This document shows positions 8,572 to 18,738 of a DNA stretch of 64,000 bases, piece by piece. Both the position numbers and the translations under genes were made by a program. Where the stretch lies: NCBI GenBank assembly GCA_021806925.1, contig JAKAPS010000003.1, positions 10,553 to 74,552 on the forward strand, read 5' to 3'. The notes under the pieces were generated by a model. That model saw nothing but the letters and a program-made list of their open reading frames with translations. It was not told where the DNA came from and made no database searches. Within the stretch, counting starts at the first letter, position 1. Each line of letters opens with the position of its first letter. The DNA comes from a bacterium. Lineage in GTDB: Bacteria; Patescibacteriota; Dojkabacteria; JAKAPS01.

Positions 8572-10341
8572 ATGAATGATGATAAAAAGCTTGGTGAAAT
8601 AGCATCAACTGCAATATGTGGAAATGATATACTAAGTTCTGTTTTGTATGTATCAGGAATTTCAGTGTCCGTTGCAGGTATATTTGCACCAGTTATATTG
8701 CTTGCCATAACATTAGTCTTGTTTTTCTATAAATCAGTATATATGGAAGTCGTTGAAGCACTTCCAATTAATGGTGGATCATATAACGCATTGTTAAATG
8801 GAACATCTAAGTCAGTTGCATCTATTGCTGGTGGTATGACAATACTCTCGTATACTGCAACAGCTGTTATATCTGCAAAATCAGGAGTTGATTATTTATT
8901 AAGTTTTATCCAACAAATTTCAATTCAAAATAGCTGGAGTGGTTTATTAAATCCAACATATATGTTTAATTATGAACCGTTATTAATAATCTCAATCCTC
9001 TTTATATTTGCAGCACTTGTTATTGGTGGTATAAAAGACTCAGCAAAAGTTGCTATGATGATTTTCATATTCCATATTGCAGTTCTCTTTATTTTTATGC
9101 TTTTTGCAATTGTATATCTTATATTTCATGGAGTTGGAAATATATTCGTCAATTTTCAATATACATATTTGCATATGTTACATGGAAATTTCAGTAATTT
9201 ATTTAACCTATTCTTTTTTGGCTTTGCTTCAGCCTTATTAGGTGTTTCAGGATTTGAAAGTTCTGCTAATTTCATTGAAGAACAAAAAAAAGGTGTCTTT
9301 AGAAAAACATTGAAGAATATGCTTATCGGTGTCCTTATATTTAATCCTTTAATAACATTTTTGATACTTGGAGTTATGAACATAACTCAGATAGCACACG
9401 CAAGTGACTATTTAATTGGTCAGAGTGGTTTCATTGTGGGTGGAATTTACTTACAAGCTTTGATTGCAATTGATGCATTTCTAGTCCTTAATGGTGCAGT
9501 GCTAACAGCATTTATTGGAGTATCTGGATTAGTTGCTAGAATGTCATTTGATGAATGTTTGCCTTTATTCCTATCAAAAATGAATAAAAGACAAACATTT
9601 TCAAGAATAGTTATTTCATTCTTTATTCTTTGCGTATCAATATATTTGATAACTGGGGGAAACATTGTATCTCTTGCTGGTGTATATGGAATAAGCTTCT
9701 TAAGCGTTATGACAATGTTTGCTTTTAGTAATCTTGTGTTAAGAGATACAAGAAAAGATTTGAAGAGAACATATTCAGCTCCAATTCTATTTGTAATATT
9801 TGCAATAGCATCTACATTAATTGGAATCCTTGGAAATATATTGAAATCACCAGTTAATCTAATATATTTCTTAATATATTACATTCCAACCATAGGAATA
9901 ATACAATATAGTATATATGAGTCAAACGTATTGTATGTATTAAAAACAAAGAGTATTTTGTTTAATAAATTCTTCGATAAATTATATCGAAAAAGTACAA
10001 ACAACAGTTTCTATTGTTTCATTCATCACACAAGTAAGTTATACAATATACTTGAATACATAGAGAAGAATGAAAATGGACAGGATATAACTCTTGTAAG
10101 GTGTATAGGAAGTGAAGATGATGCAAGTATAAGCATGTTGGTTGATGCTTTTAAACGAGCTGGTGCATTTCTGAATTTAAATATAAAGTTCATGTATTTA
10201 GACAAACATTTTAATCCTGAAGCGATTGATGAGTTAGTAAATAAATATATGATACCTAGAAATAGAATATTTATTGGTTCTATACATCACTTTCATGAAT
10301 TTGATTATGGAGACCTTGGTGGAGTAAGAATAATAACATAG
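8572..10341 (+). CDS. APC-superfamily amino-acid permease with a ~150 aa C-terminal cytoplasmic extension
   Basis: 12 predicted TM helices; G-F-E-S-S-A-N motif region typical of APC transporters; hydrophilic C-terminal tail. Confidence 0.6.
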   Translation: MNDDKKLGEIASTAICGNDILSSVLYVSGISVSVAGIFAPVILLAITLVLFFYKSVYMEVVEALPINGGSYNALLNGTSKSVASIAGGMTILSYTATAVISAKSGVDYLLSFIQQISIQNSWSGLLNPTYMFNYEPLLIISILFIFAALVIGGIKDSAKVAMMIFIFHIAVLFIFMLFAIVYLIFHGVGNIFVNFQYTYLHMLHGNFSNLFNLFFFGFASALLGVSGFESSANFIEEQKKGVFRKTLKNMLIGVLIFNPLITFLILGVMNITQIAHASDYLIGQSGFIVGGIYLQALIAIDAFLVLNGAVLTAFIGVSGLVARMSFDECLPLFLSKMNKRQTFSRIVISFFILCVSIYLITGGNIVSLAGVYGISFLSVMTMFAFSNLVLRDTRKDLKRTYSAPILFVIFAIASTLIGILGNILKSPVNLIYFLIYYIPTIGIIQYSIYESNVLYVLKTKSILFNKFFDKLYRKSTNNSFYCFIHHTSKLYNILEYIEKNENGQDITLVRCIGSEDDASISMLVDAFKRAGAFLNLNIKFMYLDKHFNPEAIDELVNKYMIPRNRIFIGSIHHFHEFDYGDLGGVRIIT

Positions 10342-10392
10342 GCAGAGATGTGTAAATCAACAACTGAAAATATGTGTCTATATATACAAAAT

Positions 10393-11448
10393 TTAAACTA
10401 GACCGTGTGCAGTGTTTTCTGTTTTTCCATTTTGTGTTATTCTTACAAATTTTGCTTTTCTATGAAATTCCTTAATTGTAGATGCTCCAGAATAACTCAT
10501 TGCAGATCTTAATCCCATAGCAAATGACTTTACTACGGATTCTAAGCTTCCTGTGTAAGGTATCAACCCAGATGCACCTTCTATGTAGTCTGAATCTTTC
10601 CCTTTATAGTCGGGGTCATTTATAGCTCTGGATTGTTTTGCTTCTTGTGATGCTTCACCCATATATACTTTGTATTTCTTTCCATCTTTTTCAATTAATT
10701 CAGAAGGAGCTTCAAGTGTTCCAGCAAATATTTTCCCGGCCATTACTGCATTTGCACCGGCACCAATTGCTTTTGATAAATCTGCACTTTTCTCTATTCC
10801 GCCATCTGCAATAAGTGTAACTCCTGAATCTTTCAGTATACTTGCACTTTCAAGAATTGCACTGAATTGTGGAACTCCTACACCTGCACTTAACCTGGTT
10901 GTACATGCAGCACCTGCTCCTACACCAAATTTAATTGAATCTGCACCTGCTTTTATAAGATCATCAATGCCTTCTTTAGTTGCAACAGTCCCAACAATAA
11001 GTGGAATGTTTGGGAATTCCTTTTTTAGTTTTTTTGTAGCATCAATTGCATATATGCTATGAGCATGTGGTGTATCTATGCTTATTGCATCAACCCCATT
11101 CTCTATAAGAGCCTTTGCTCTTTCCATAAATCCATGAACAGCACCCACAACTCCAATTACTTTAGCTTCCATTCTCTTTATCTCTTTAAGCATTGATACT
11201 TCTTTTTCAATGCTCTGAAATTGATGTAATTGTGCAATACCTCCTAATTCCCAAAGTTTAACTGCTAGTTCTATAGAGATAACAGTGTGCATACTCGCTG
11301 CAACTAACGGAACCTTAAGATCTATTCCTTTTACCAGATTTACACTTGTGTCTACATCATTTCTTGATAGAACAACTGAGTATTGTGGAATTATTAAAAC
11401 ATCATCATATGTCAAAAATATCTTTTTACTTAATTTCTCATTTCCCAC
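10393..11448 (-). CDS. IMP dehydrogenase / GMP reductase family protein lacking the CBS subdomain
   Basis: N-terminal LTYDDVLIIPQYS (compare LTFDDVLLVP) and active-site loop VGAGAACTTR (compare GIGPGSICTTR). Length is 351 aa. Confidence 0.7.
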   Translation of the reverse strand: MGNEKLSKKIFLTYDDVLIIPQYSVVLSRNDVDTSVNLVKGIDLKVPLVAASMHTVISIELAVKLWELGGIAQLHQFQSIEKEVSMLKEIKRMEAKVIGVVGAVHGFMERAKALIENGVDAISIDTPHAHSIYAIDATKKLKKEFPNIPLIVGTVATKEGIDDLIKAGADSIKFGVGAGAACTTRLSAGVGVPQFSAILESASILKDSGVTLIADGGIEKSADLSKAIGAGANAVMAGKIFAGTLEAPSELIEKDGKKYKVYMGEASQEAKQSRAINDPDYKGKDSDYIEGASGLIPYTGSLESVVKSFAMGLRSAMSYSGASTIKEFHRKAKFVRITQNGKTENTAHGLV

Positions 11449-11561
11449 CGAAGTGAATTATACATCTACTAGAATTTATTGTAAAAATAGTTCTCGGTAA
11501 ATATATTTTATTTGACAAGGTAAAAATATCATGAGAGACTTTATAAAACATACATAATAAC

Positions 11562-12911
11562 ATGCAAATTCCTAAAGCATTTAAAGAATTTTTTCACACT
11601 AAGAATACAATACTCATATCAGTTATATTCTTTGCTTTTGTTTGTTTATTGATTCTACTTTATTTTACTATATATGGAAAAATAAACAGAGAAATTTCAT
11701 ATTCTTCTTATCATCCATATACAACTGGAACTCCTGGAGTACAGGGATCAAACACATATACAACTGGTACTCCTTCTGTTACTCAAGCGGAGGGGCATAC
11801 ATCAAATAATATTGCACAAAATCTATCATCTTGTAGCGGAAATGGATACCTAACTGCTTCTCCATTATCAACATCTGCATACACATCAATTGATCCATTG
11901 GGACATTTAAATCCTCCATTTCATAACCTTCCAGATGATCATCCAGGATTCCAACTTGCTACAACAGGGTATGGAAGTAATATAAAGTCACTTCCTGAGA
12001 CTGTATATGCTCCTGGAGACGCAACTATACTTGAAATTGACAACCAGTCTGTAACTAGTTCAACAGGAACAATTAATGATTATCTAATAACTTTTGCACC
12101 TTGTAATGAATTGGTATTTTACTTAGGACATGTGTCAACACTTTCAAATACTCTTCTACAGCAAATTAATAACGTAAAAGGGCAATATAAATCATGTCAG
12201 GTAACTACTGAGAAAGCCGCAACAAGCAATGTATGTCAGTATTTTATTAATTTCCCAATAAAAGCAGGAGAAGTATTGGGAACTGCTGGTGGAAATGTTC
12301 TAGGAATGGATTTTGGAGCATATGATCTAAGAACTACTCCTCTTGCATTTATAGATCAGACAAGAAATATACAAGGATCGGACAGATACTTACATACAGT
12401 TTGTCCTTTTGACTATTATTCAAATGTATCAGTTCAGAATCAACTATATGCAAAGATTCAAAATACTCAAAAAGGGTCAAATGGTCTTCCATCATGTGGT
12501 ACTGATATGGAAGATGTTCCAAATACATTAGCAGGGAACTGGTATGTTCATCCATTCTCTGGTATTGGAGCTGATAATTGGAGTGAGCAATTATCATTCT
12601 CTCATTGGGAAACAAATCCAGATATTCAAGCACTTGTTTATGGAGGAACAGTTGTGCCAAATGGTGCAATGATTATTTATAACCCTAAAACAAGTGGTTA
12701 TGTTAACAGAATGCCTAATCAAGTAACTGCAGATGGGCAAATATATTGCTATTATCAGGATAATTTTACTACTGATTATGGGCAATCACCTCAAGATGGT
12801 GGGCATTTCATTGTACAATTAATAAATAGTACAACTATGAAAATTGAATTCCAATCGGGGAGCTGTCCTATATATCCAAAGTTTAACAATCCTACTACAT
12901 ATATTCGTTGA
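11562..12911 (+). CDS. Membrane-anchored secreted protein with a short TYTTGTP tandem repeat and a weak LytM/M23-peptidase-like core
   Basis: N-terminal TM helix; H-P-G-F-Q-L...V-Y-A-P-G-D-A-T-I-L-E-I...L-V-F-Y-L-G-H-V-S resembles M23 HxGxD / VyAaadGxV / YaHl blocks, but the match is incomplete. Confidence 0.35.
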   Translation: MQIPKAFKEFFHTKNTILISVIFFAFVCLLILLYFTIYGKINREISYSSYHPYTTGTPGVQGSNTYTTGTPSVTQAEGHTSNNIAQNLSSCSGNGYLTASPLSTSAYTSIDPLGHLNPPFHNLPDDHPGFQLATTGYGSNIKSLPETVYAPGDATILEIDNQSVTSSTGTINDYLITFAPCNELVFYLGHVSTLSNTLLQQINNVKGQYKSCQVTTEKAATSNVCQYFINFPIKAGEVLGTAGGNVLGMDFGAYDLRTTPLAFIDQTRNIQGSDRYLHTVCPFDYYSNVSVQNQLYAKIQNTQKGSNGLPSCGTDMEDVPNTLAGNWYVHPFSGIGADNWSEQLSFSHWETNPDIQALVYGGTVVPNGAMIIYNPKTSGYVNRMPNQVTADGQIYCYYQDNFTTDYGQSPQDGGHFIVQLINSTTMKIEFQSGSCPIYPKFNNPTTYIR

Positions 12912-13187
12912 TACTATTACGCGAATATATACTATAAGTACTTAATTGTAGGAATTGGTATTCACTCAATAATATTGTGTAATTTAATATACATCTTTTA
13001 TAGAAATTACAAAAAGCAATATATTTCTGGATATTAATTAGAATTTTACACTACATTACTAATGGGATATATTAATTGTAGCGAGTGTTTATAATTTGAG
13101 ATTTAAAGGAACAATAGAAAATCCTATATCTTATTTGATACTAATCTTCAATTTGAATATAATGTATATACCTTATAGAAATATGTC

Positions 13188-13994
13188 TTGTGTAGTATGT
13201 ACAAATACTTATATTATATAAAAATACAATTTGCAGTATATTTTGCATACACGTGGAATCTTATTGTAGATATTTTATTGTCATTTCTAGGCATTATTAT
13301 TATATTATTTGTGTGGAATTCAATTTATATGGCACATGGTTCATTAAGTGGTTATTCATTCAACTCAATTGTAGTTTACTATTTATTTGTAGTCGCATTA
13401 GGTAAACTTGTTTATTCAGGAACTGCTAAGACACTTACTACTTACATATATAACGGAACATTAGCTACATTTCAAATTCGTCCTGCTAATATACGTCTCC
13501 TGTTGTTTATTGAGGATTTCGTAAATATTTTTATAAATACAGTAATTAGTATGATAATAACTAGTTTCTGTTTATTTATATTTAGTGGATTATGGCCGTC
13601 TGCAAATATTAGCTTTATATCGTTTATGCTATTTATTCCTGCATATATTTTTGCTGTTATAATAAATTACATGTTGTATTTTATTGTTGGAACTGCTGCT
13701 TTCTGGACTACTACTGTTGGTGGGTTACGGATTACTATATCAACCTTTATAAAGATATTTACTGGTGCCTTAGTTCCATTAACACTATTTCCAAATTATA
13801 TAAAGAATATTATAAGCATTACACCTTTTCCATACTTAATAAATTTTCCAATAAATGTAATAACAAATAACATAGCATTAGACAATATATTGAAAGAATA
13901 TTTAATCGAGATACTTTGGACAGTAATTCTTTTTTTATTGTGTAATATATTATGGAAGAAAGGAATAAAGCAATATGAATCTATTGGTAATTAA
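13188..13994 (+). CDS. ABC-2 type transporter permease (COG4587/COG3694-like)
   Basis: About 6 TM helices in ~268 aa; paired with a second similar permease and a convergent ABC ATPase. Confidence 0.5.
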   Translation: MCSMYKYLYYIKIQFAVYFAYTWNLIVDILLSFLGIIIILFVWNSIYMAHGSLSGYSFNSIVVYYLFVVALGKLVYSGTAKTLTTYIYNGTLATFQIRPANIRLLLFIEDFVNIFINTVISMIITSFCLFIFSGLWPSANISFISFMLFIPAYIFAVIINYMLYFIVGTAAFWTTTVGGLRITISTFIKIFTGALVPLTLFPNYIKNIISITPFPYLINFPINVITNNIALDNILKEYLIEILWTVILFLLCNILWKKGIKQYESIGN

Positions 13995-14778
13995 AAAATA
14001 TATAAAAATATTATATTTGGAAATAAGAATATCAATCAGGAAATTTACAACTTATAAAATAGATTTTGTTTTATCTTTGTTTTCAATGATTTTATACATT
14101 CTAACATATCTATTATTTATTGGGTATCTGTTTTTGAGAGTTCATGCAATAGCTAATTGGAATATATATCAAATATTAATACTCATAGGTTTTGGTCAAT
14201 TCTGGGCTGGTTTTTACTTCATGTTCATATTCACAAGTTCACGTAAATTCATTGATGATTTTATACAGGGACAATATGATTTTATAGTACTCAAACCAAT
14301 TAATACGCGTTTCATGATATTTGTAAAAGATATTGATTTTTCTTCATTAGTCCTTATTATCGAAGGGATAATATTAATTGCATATAGTTTTGTAAATTTA
14401 CATTTTGCTCCTTCATTTGAGGAAATATGTTTAACTATGTTTATTTTTGTGATTGCATTACATATAGCTTTTAATATGCAATCAATTTTACTATCAATAT
14501 ATATTCTAATTCCACAAAGGAGTCATTTATACAACCTTCTAAACGATTTTAGTGAATTTGGCAATTTTCCTTATGAAGTATATGGAAAATTTATGTTTCT
14601 AGTATTAACCTTTGTTGTACCAATAGTTATTCTAGTTAATTTCCCAGTAAGAGCATTGCTAGGAATTTCCACATTTAACAATTACATAATAGTTTTTGTT
14701 GTTGAAATATTATTTATGTTTGCTTCGAATATAATGTGGAGATTCAGCATGAAACGCTATGTAAGTTTTGGCGGTTAA
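13975..14778 (+). CDS. ABC-2 type transporter permease (second subunit)
   Basis: About 6 TM helices in 267 aa; overlaps the preceding permease by 20 nt, suggesting translational coupling. Confidence 0.5.
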   Translation: MNLLVIKKYIKILYLEIRISIRKFTTYKIDFVLSLFSMILYILTYLLFIGYLFLRVHAIANWNIYQILILIGFGQFWAGFYFMFIFTSSRKFIDDFIQGQYDFIVLKPINTRFMIFVKDIDFSSLVLIIEGIILIAYSFVNLHFAPSFEEICLTMFIFVIALHIAFNMQSILLSIYILIPQRSHLYNLLNDFSEFGNFPYEVYGKFMFLVLTFVVPIVILVNFPVRALLGISTFNNYIIVFVVEILFMFASNIMWRFSMKRYVSFGG

Positions 14779-15776
14779 TATTCATGAGAATAAATCTGTT
14801 TTACAATTTCCTTTAAGTCAGGCTCGTTTATATTAATATCTTTAACTGGAAAATCACGAATTATTTCAGATATTTTTTGTAAGTGGTTAATTTTTGGTAT
14901 TGAGATTGTAATTACATTTTTATTTCTATATATTACATCTGAATGTAGATTTGATTCATTTATTTCCTTTGTAAATTCTATAGTTACATGTTTATCTTTC
15001 ACATATGAATTTATAAGTTGATTCATGTCACCATCAAAAATTATCTTTCCTTTATTAATCATAATAACTCTTGAACATAGTTCCTCAATGTCGTCCATAT
15101 AATGAGAAGTAAGAATAATTGTGGTTTTCTTTTCCTTATTATATTTTTTCAAAAATTCTCTAATATTCTGTTGTGTTGTTACATCTAATCCTATTGTTGG
15201 TTCATCAAGGAATAAGACCTCTGGTGAATATATGAGAGAGGATGCAAGTTCACATTTCATCCTTTGACCTAGGGACAATTTTCTAGCTTGTACTTGTAGT
15301 AATTCTTCTATATTTAGATAATATATAAGTTCATCAAGCTTATTTTTGAAATCAATATCTGTAACATCATATAGTCCCTTGTTTAGTATCAATGTATCAT
15401 ATACAGGTAAATCCCACTGAAGCTGACTTTTTTGTCCCATTACAAATGATATTTTGTGTAGGAAATTATAATTCCTTTCAGCAGGCTTATAACCTAAAAC
15501 ATTTATAGATCCACTTGTTGGATGTAATATACCTGAAAGCATTTTCATTGTTGTTGTTTTACCTGCTCCATTAGATCCGATAAATCCAACGAATTCTCCC
15601 TTTTTCACTTCGAAAGAAATATCATTTACTGCAAAAAAAGGATTATTTCTTTTTCTAAGAAGATATTTTAATTCATATTTAAATTTTTTCTCTTCTTTAA
15701 CTTTTTTATTAAAGGTGCGTGAAACATTCTGTAATTTTATAGCAGCAGGATCTTTATCGTTAGATTGCATATACAT
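14775..15776 (-). CDS. ABC transporter ATP-binding protein (COG4586-like, with a C-terminal extension)
   Basis: Walker A GSNGAGKTT, signature LSLGQRMK, Walker B LFLDEPTIGLD, H-loop TSHYMDD. Confidence 0.8.
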   Translation of the reverse strand: MYMQSNDKDPAAIKLQNVSRTFNKKVKEEKKFKYELKYLLRKRNNPFFAVNDISFEVKKGEFVGFIGSNGAGKTTTMKMLSGILHPTSGSINVLGYKPAERNYNFLHKISFVMGQKSQLQWDLPVYDTLILNKGLYDVTDIDFKNKLDELIYYLNIEELLQVQARKLSLGQRMKCELASSLIYSPEVLFLDEPTIGLDVTTQQNIREFLKKYNKEKKTTIILTSHYMDDIEELCSRVIMINKGKIIFDGDMNQLINSYVKDKHVTIEFTKEINESNLHSDVIYRNKNVITISIPKINHLQKISEIIRDFPVKDININEPDLKEIVKQIYSHEY

Positions 15777-15893
15777 GCATTATAACAATAAATATTATAA
15801 TATTATATCTTATTGATAATAATTTTTTCCAAAGTGAACTATAAACTACAAACCTTTTTCTACTATTATTGTATTATAAGAAATAAAAGGTAT

Positions 15894-16507
15894 ATGGAAG
15901 AATATAAAATTAAACTTGAAAAAATATTACGAGAAATGTTTAATGGAGAAAGCAGTGGACATGATATTTATCACCTGAATCGCGTATATAATCTTGCACT
16001 ACATATACAAACTAAAGAAGGATGGGGATAGAACAAGTTGTAGGTATTTCTGCATTCCTTCATGATATTCATCGTTTGATGCAAAATGAAACTGGAAAAT
16101 TTATTCATCCAAAAGATTCATTAGTGAAAGTTAATGAAGTGTTAGAAATGGTAATGTTTCCAAAGGAAAAAATTCCTAAAGTTATACATTGAATTGAATT
16201 TCATGAAGAATATTCATTCTCTATAAATGGTCAAACAGTGGATGATATAGAGACGCTTATTTTACAGGATGCTGATAATTTAGATGCAATTGGGGCGATA
16301 GGTATAGGAAGAACATTTACATATGGTGGATCCCATGGTATTACTTTGTGGGCTCCTGAAATACCTTTAAATTCTGAAGGTTCATATGATGAGTCAATGA
16401 TTCACGATCCTTCTACAATTCATCATTTTTACCATAAACTTTTTCGATTAGACGAAAATATGAATACTAATGTAAGTAAAGAGATTGCAATAAAAAGAAT
16501 TCAGTAA
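15894..16507 (+). pseudogene. HD-domain phosphohydrolase (YedJ-like), disrupted by a -1 frameshift in a G4 run (16024-16027) and an in-frame TGA (16190-16192)
   Basis: Frame 0 gives MEEYKIK...HDIYHLNRV...KEGWG then a stop. Frame 2 continues GIEQVVGISAFLHDIHR...KVIH-TGA-IEFHEEYSFS...LQDADNLDAIGAIGIGRTF, matching YedJ blocks IEAHSFS and VQDADRLEALGAIG. A fifth G would restore the frame. Confidence 0.6.
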
Positions 16508-16602
16508 ATGAAAGAATTCGTGGATAGATTCATTTTGGAGTGGGCAGTTAATGATTGATAAATAAGAAGTATTCTATATTTGCAAATACAAATGTAATTG
16601 AA

Positions 16603-17073
16603 ATGATGTATAATAACGGTATGGATTTAAAACAGTTAATACAACAGTATCTTCAGGAAGCGAAATTAATGCAAGTAGCAACATCAATGGAGAATCAACC
16701 TTGGATTTGTAGTGTTTGGTTTGCTGCTGATGAGGATCTAAATATCTATTGGCTTTCGTCAACAAAAAGAAGGCATTCTGCTGAGGTTATAGAAAACAGG
16801 AAGGTTGCAGCCGCAATGGCACTTCCTCAGAATCCTCAAGATCCACCAAGGGGATTGCAAATACAAGGAGAAGCAGAATTGCTAACAAACAAAATAGATA
16901 TTGATAAAGCATTATCAGTTTATTCTGGTCGAATTTTTTCTACTGAAAAAATAAATGAGTTTATGAGTAGCTCTGAAAACCCTCATAGATTTTATAGAAT
17001 AAAACCTACACAGTTTGTACTGTATGATGCAATACATTTCCCTGGGAATGCAAGACAGGAATATATTTTATAA
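16603..17073 (+). CDS. Pyridoxamine-5'-phosphate-oxidase-like FMN-binding split-barrel protein (general stress protein 26 family); a TTG start at 16555 is an alternative
   Basis: The pattern LMQVATSMENQPWICSVWF...NIYWLSSTKRRHSAEVIENRKV fits the PNPOx-like fold (Lat..dedG.P...pvwf...lyf.t...s.K..nl..np.v). Confidence 0.45.
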   Translation: MMYNNGMDLKQLIQQYLQEAKLMQVATSMENQPWICSVWFAADEDLNIYWLSSTKRRHSAEVIENRKVAAAMALPQNPQDPPRGLQIQGEAELLTNKIDIDKALSVYSGRIFSTEKINEFMSSSENPHRFYRIKPTQFVLYDAIHFPGNARQEYIL

Positions 17074-17583
17074 GAACAATATGCTGCTTTTTAAACTATA
17101 TAAATTTTATAGTTAATTGTATTGTTATATATTTTATTATTAGATAAGTGTTGCAAACAGGTTAGTAATTAAAAAAATATATATAGTATCTTTCTAAATG
17201 CAGGAGTTGAGTAGATGTCGAATTAGGTTGATATAATAGGCTGAGAAGGACTTGTTTCTTTACGTCTCTAGGGACTACATACCAATTAAAATGTATTTAC
17301 TATGTGTTGAAATATATAACTTTTTTAATACGTTAATAATATTATTTTTAATGTCAATATTTTATCAAGATGATTTAACCACTAATAAAACACAGTAGTC
17401 CATTGATTTAATTCCTGTTAATTGTTATTTTTTTTGAACACATTGTTTCTATAATATTTAGAAAGATACGATATAATAGAAAATCTTTAGAGAACTATTC
17501 AGCACGTTCTAATAATAAAGTTGTGCCATAAAGGATGATGATATTATTATTTTGAAAGATAAACAATTAATCTAATCTTGAGC

Positions 17584-18738
17584 CTATAGAATCATACTTT
17601 CAATGTTTCCCAATGTAACAATCTTTTCTTGTGCTTCTGCATAAGTATTTTTAAAAGCAGGTGTTATAGATGCTTTCCTTAATTTAAACTCTATTGCATA
17701 GATTTTGGTATCTTTTTGAAGAATAAGATCTACTTCGCTCCCCCATTTAGTTCTCCAATAGTATGGTTGATAGTTTAATCCATAATAGCTGTTCAGTTTT
17801 ATAATTTCGTTTATAGCAAAGTTTTCAAATATGGATCCATAGTCATTTCTAAATTCTACTGGTGAAAAATCATTAATAATAGCATTTCTGATACCTAAAT
17901 CATAAAAATATACTTTCTCAGTTTTTCCTATCTCATCTCTACGTTTTTTAGTATATGGTGAAAGAGTATAAATGATGAATGTTTTTTTCAAAATTTCAAG
18001 ATATTTTAATATAGTTGGCCTTTCTATACCAATTCTGCTAGATAATTCAGTCACATTGATTTGTTGACCGATTTGATAAGCAAGCAGCCTAAGAAGTGAC
18101 AGCAGGCTTTTGGTATCTTTTACCAAATTAAGATAAAAAACATCTTTCAAGATACTACTATCAACTAGTTCTTGTAAATAATTAACTTTATCTTCTATAT
18201 TTAGAAGTTCTGGATATAAGCCAAACTGCATTGACTCCTTTAATTCTGTTTGAAACTGTATCTTATTCTCAACGTCAAAATTAATAGATTGAGTATTTGA
18301 CTGTATTTTATTCTCTTGAACAAGTTTTTCTTTAAATGACAAAGGGTAAAGTTTAAAAGTCTTTTTTCTACCAGCAAGACTTTCACTGGCTTTGTTTGCA
18401 ATTTCTAGAGATAAGGAACCAGAAATAATGAGTTGTATATCTTTCCATTCATCATATAGAACTTTTGCAATAAGGCCAGGATCATCCAATCGCTGTACTT
18501 CATCAAGGATTAAAGTACGTGTTATCTTACCATTATTTTCTCTATACACAAGGTCCTTAATAGCTGCAATATCTCTAGAATTAAAAACATCTATATAATT
18601 ACTTTTTTCGATGTTTATATAAGTGGCCTCTGGAAAAGAATCTTTTAAAAGTGTAGTTTTCCCTACTTGTCTAGCTCCTAACAAAATCTTAACTTTGTCT
18701 GTTTTTTGTTTTATTGTTGTATTTAGTATTCTATACAT
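17584..18738 (-). CDS. AAA+ ATPase of the COG1373 family (AAA_14 + DUF4143)
   Basis: Walker A GARQVGKTT, Walker B LILDEVQ, central F-G-L-Y-P-E-L motif, C-terminal DUF4143-like region. Flanked by 0.5-0.64 kb non-coding DNA. Confidence 0.7.
   Translation of the reverse strand: MYRILNTTIKQKTDKVKILLGARQVGKTTLLKDSFPEATYINIEKSNYIDVFNSRDIAAIKDLVYRENNGKITRTLILDEVQRLDDPGLIAKVLYDEWKDIQLIISGSLSLEIANKASESLAGRKKTFKLYPLSFKEKLVQENKIQSNTQSINFDVENKIQFQTELKESMQFGLYPELLNIEDKVNYLQELVDSSILKDVFYLNLVKDTKSLLSLLRLLAYQIGQQINVTELSSRIGIERPTILKYLEILKKTFIIYTLSPYTKKRRDEIGKTEKVYFYDLGIRNAIINDFSPVEFRNDYGSIFENFAINEIIKLNSYYGLNYQPYYWRTKWGSEVDLILQKDTKIYAIEFKLRKASITPAFKNTYAEAQEKIVTLGNIESMIL

Noticed and set aside
15813-15893. Upstream extension of the HD-domain ORF (start at 15813)
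   Set aside because: The extension translates to low-complexity hydrophobic sequence. The Met at 15894 is preceded by an aaaaggt RBS and coincides with the start of the HD fold.
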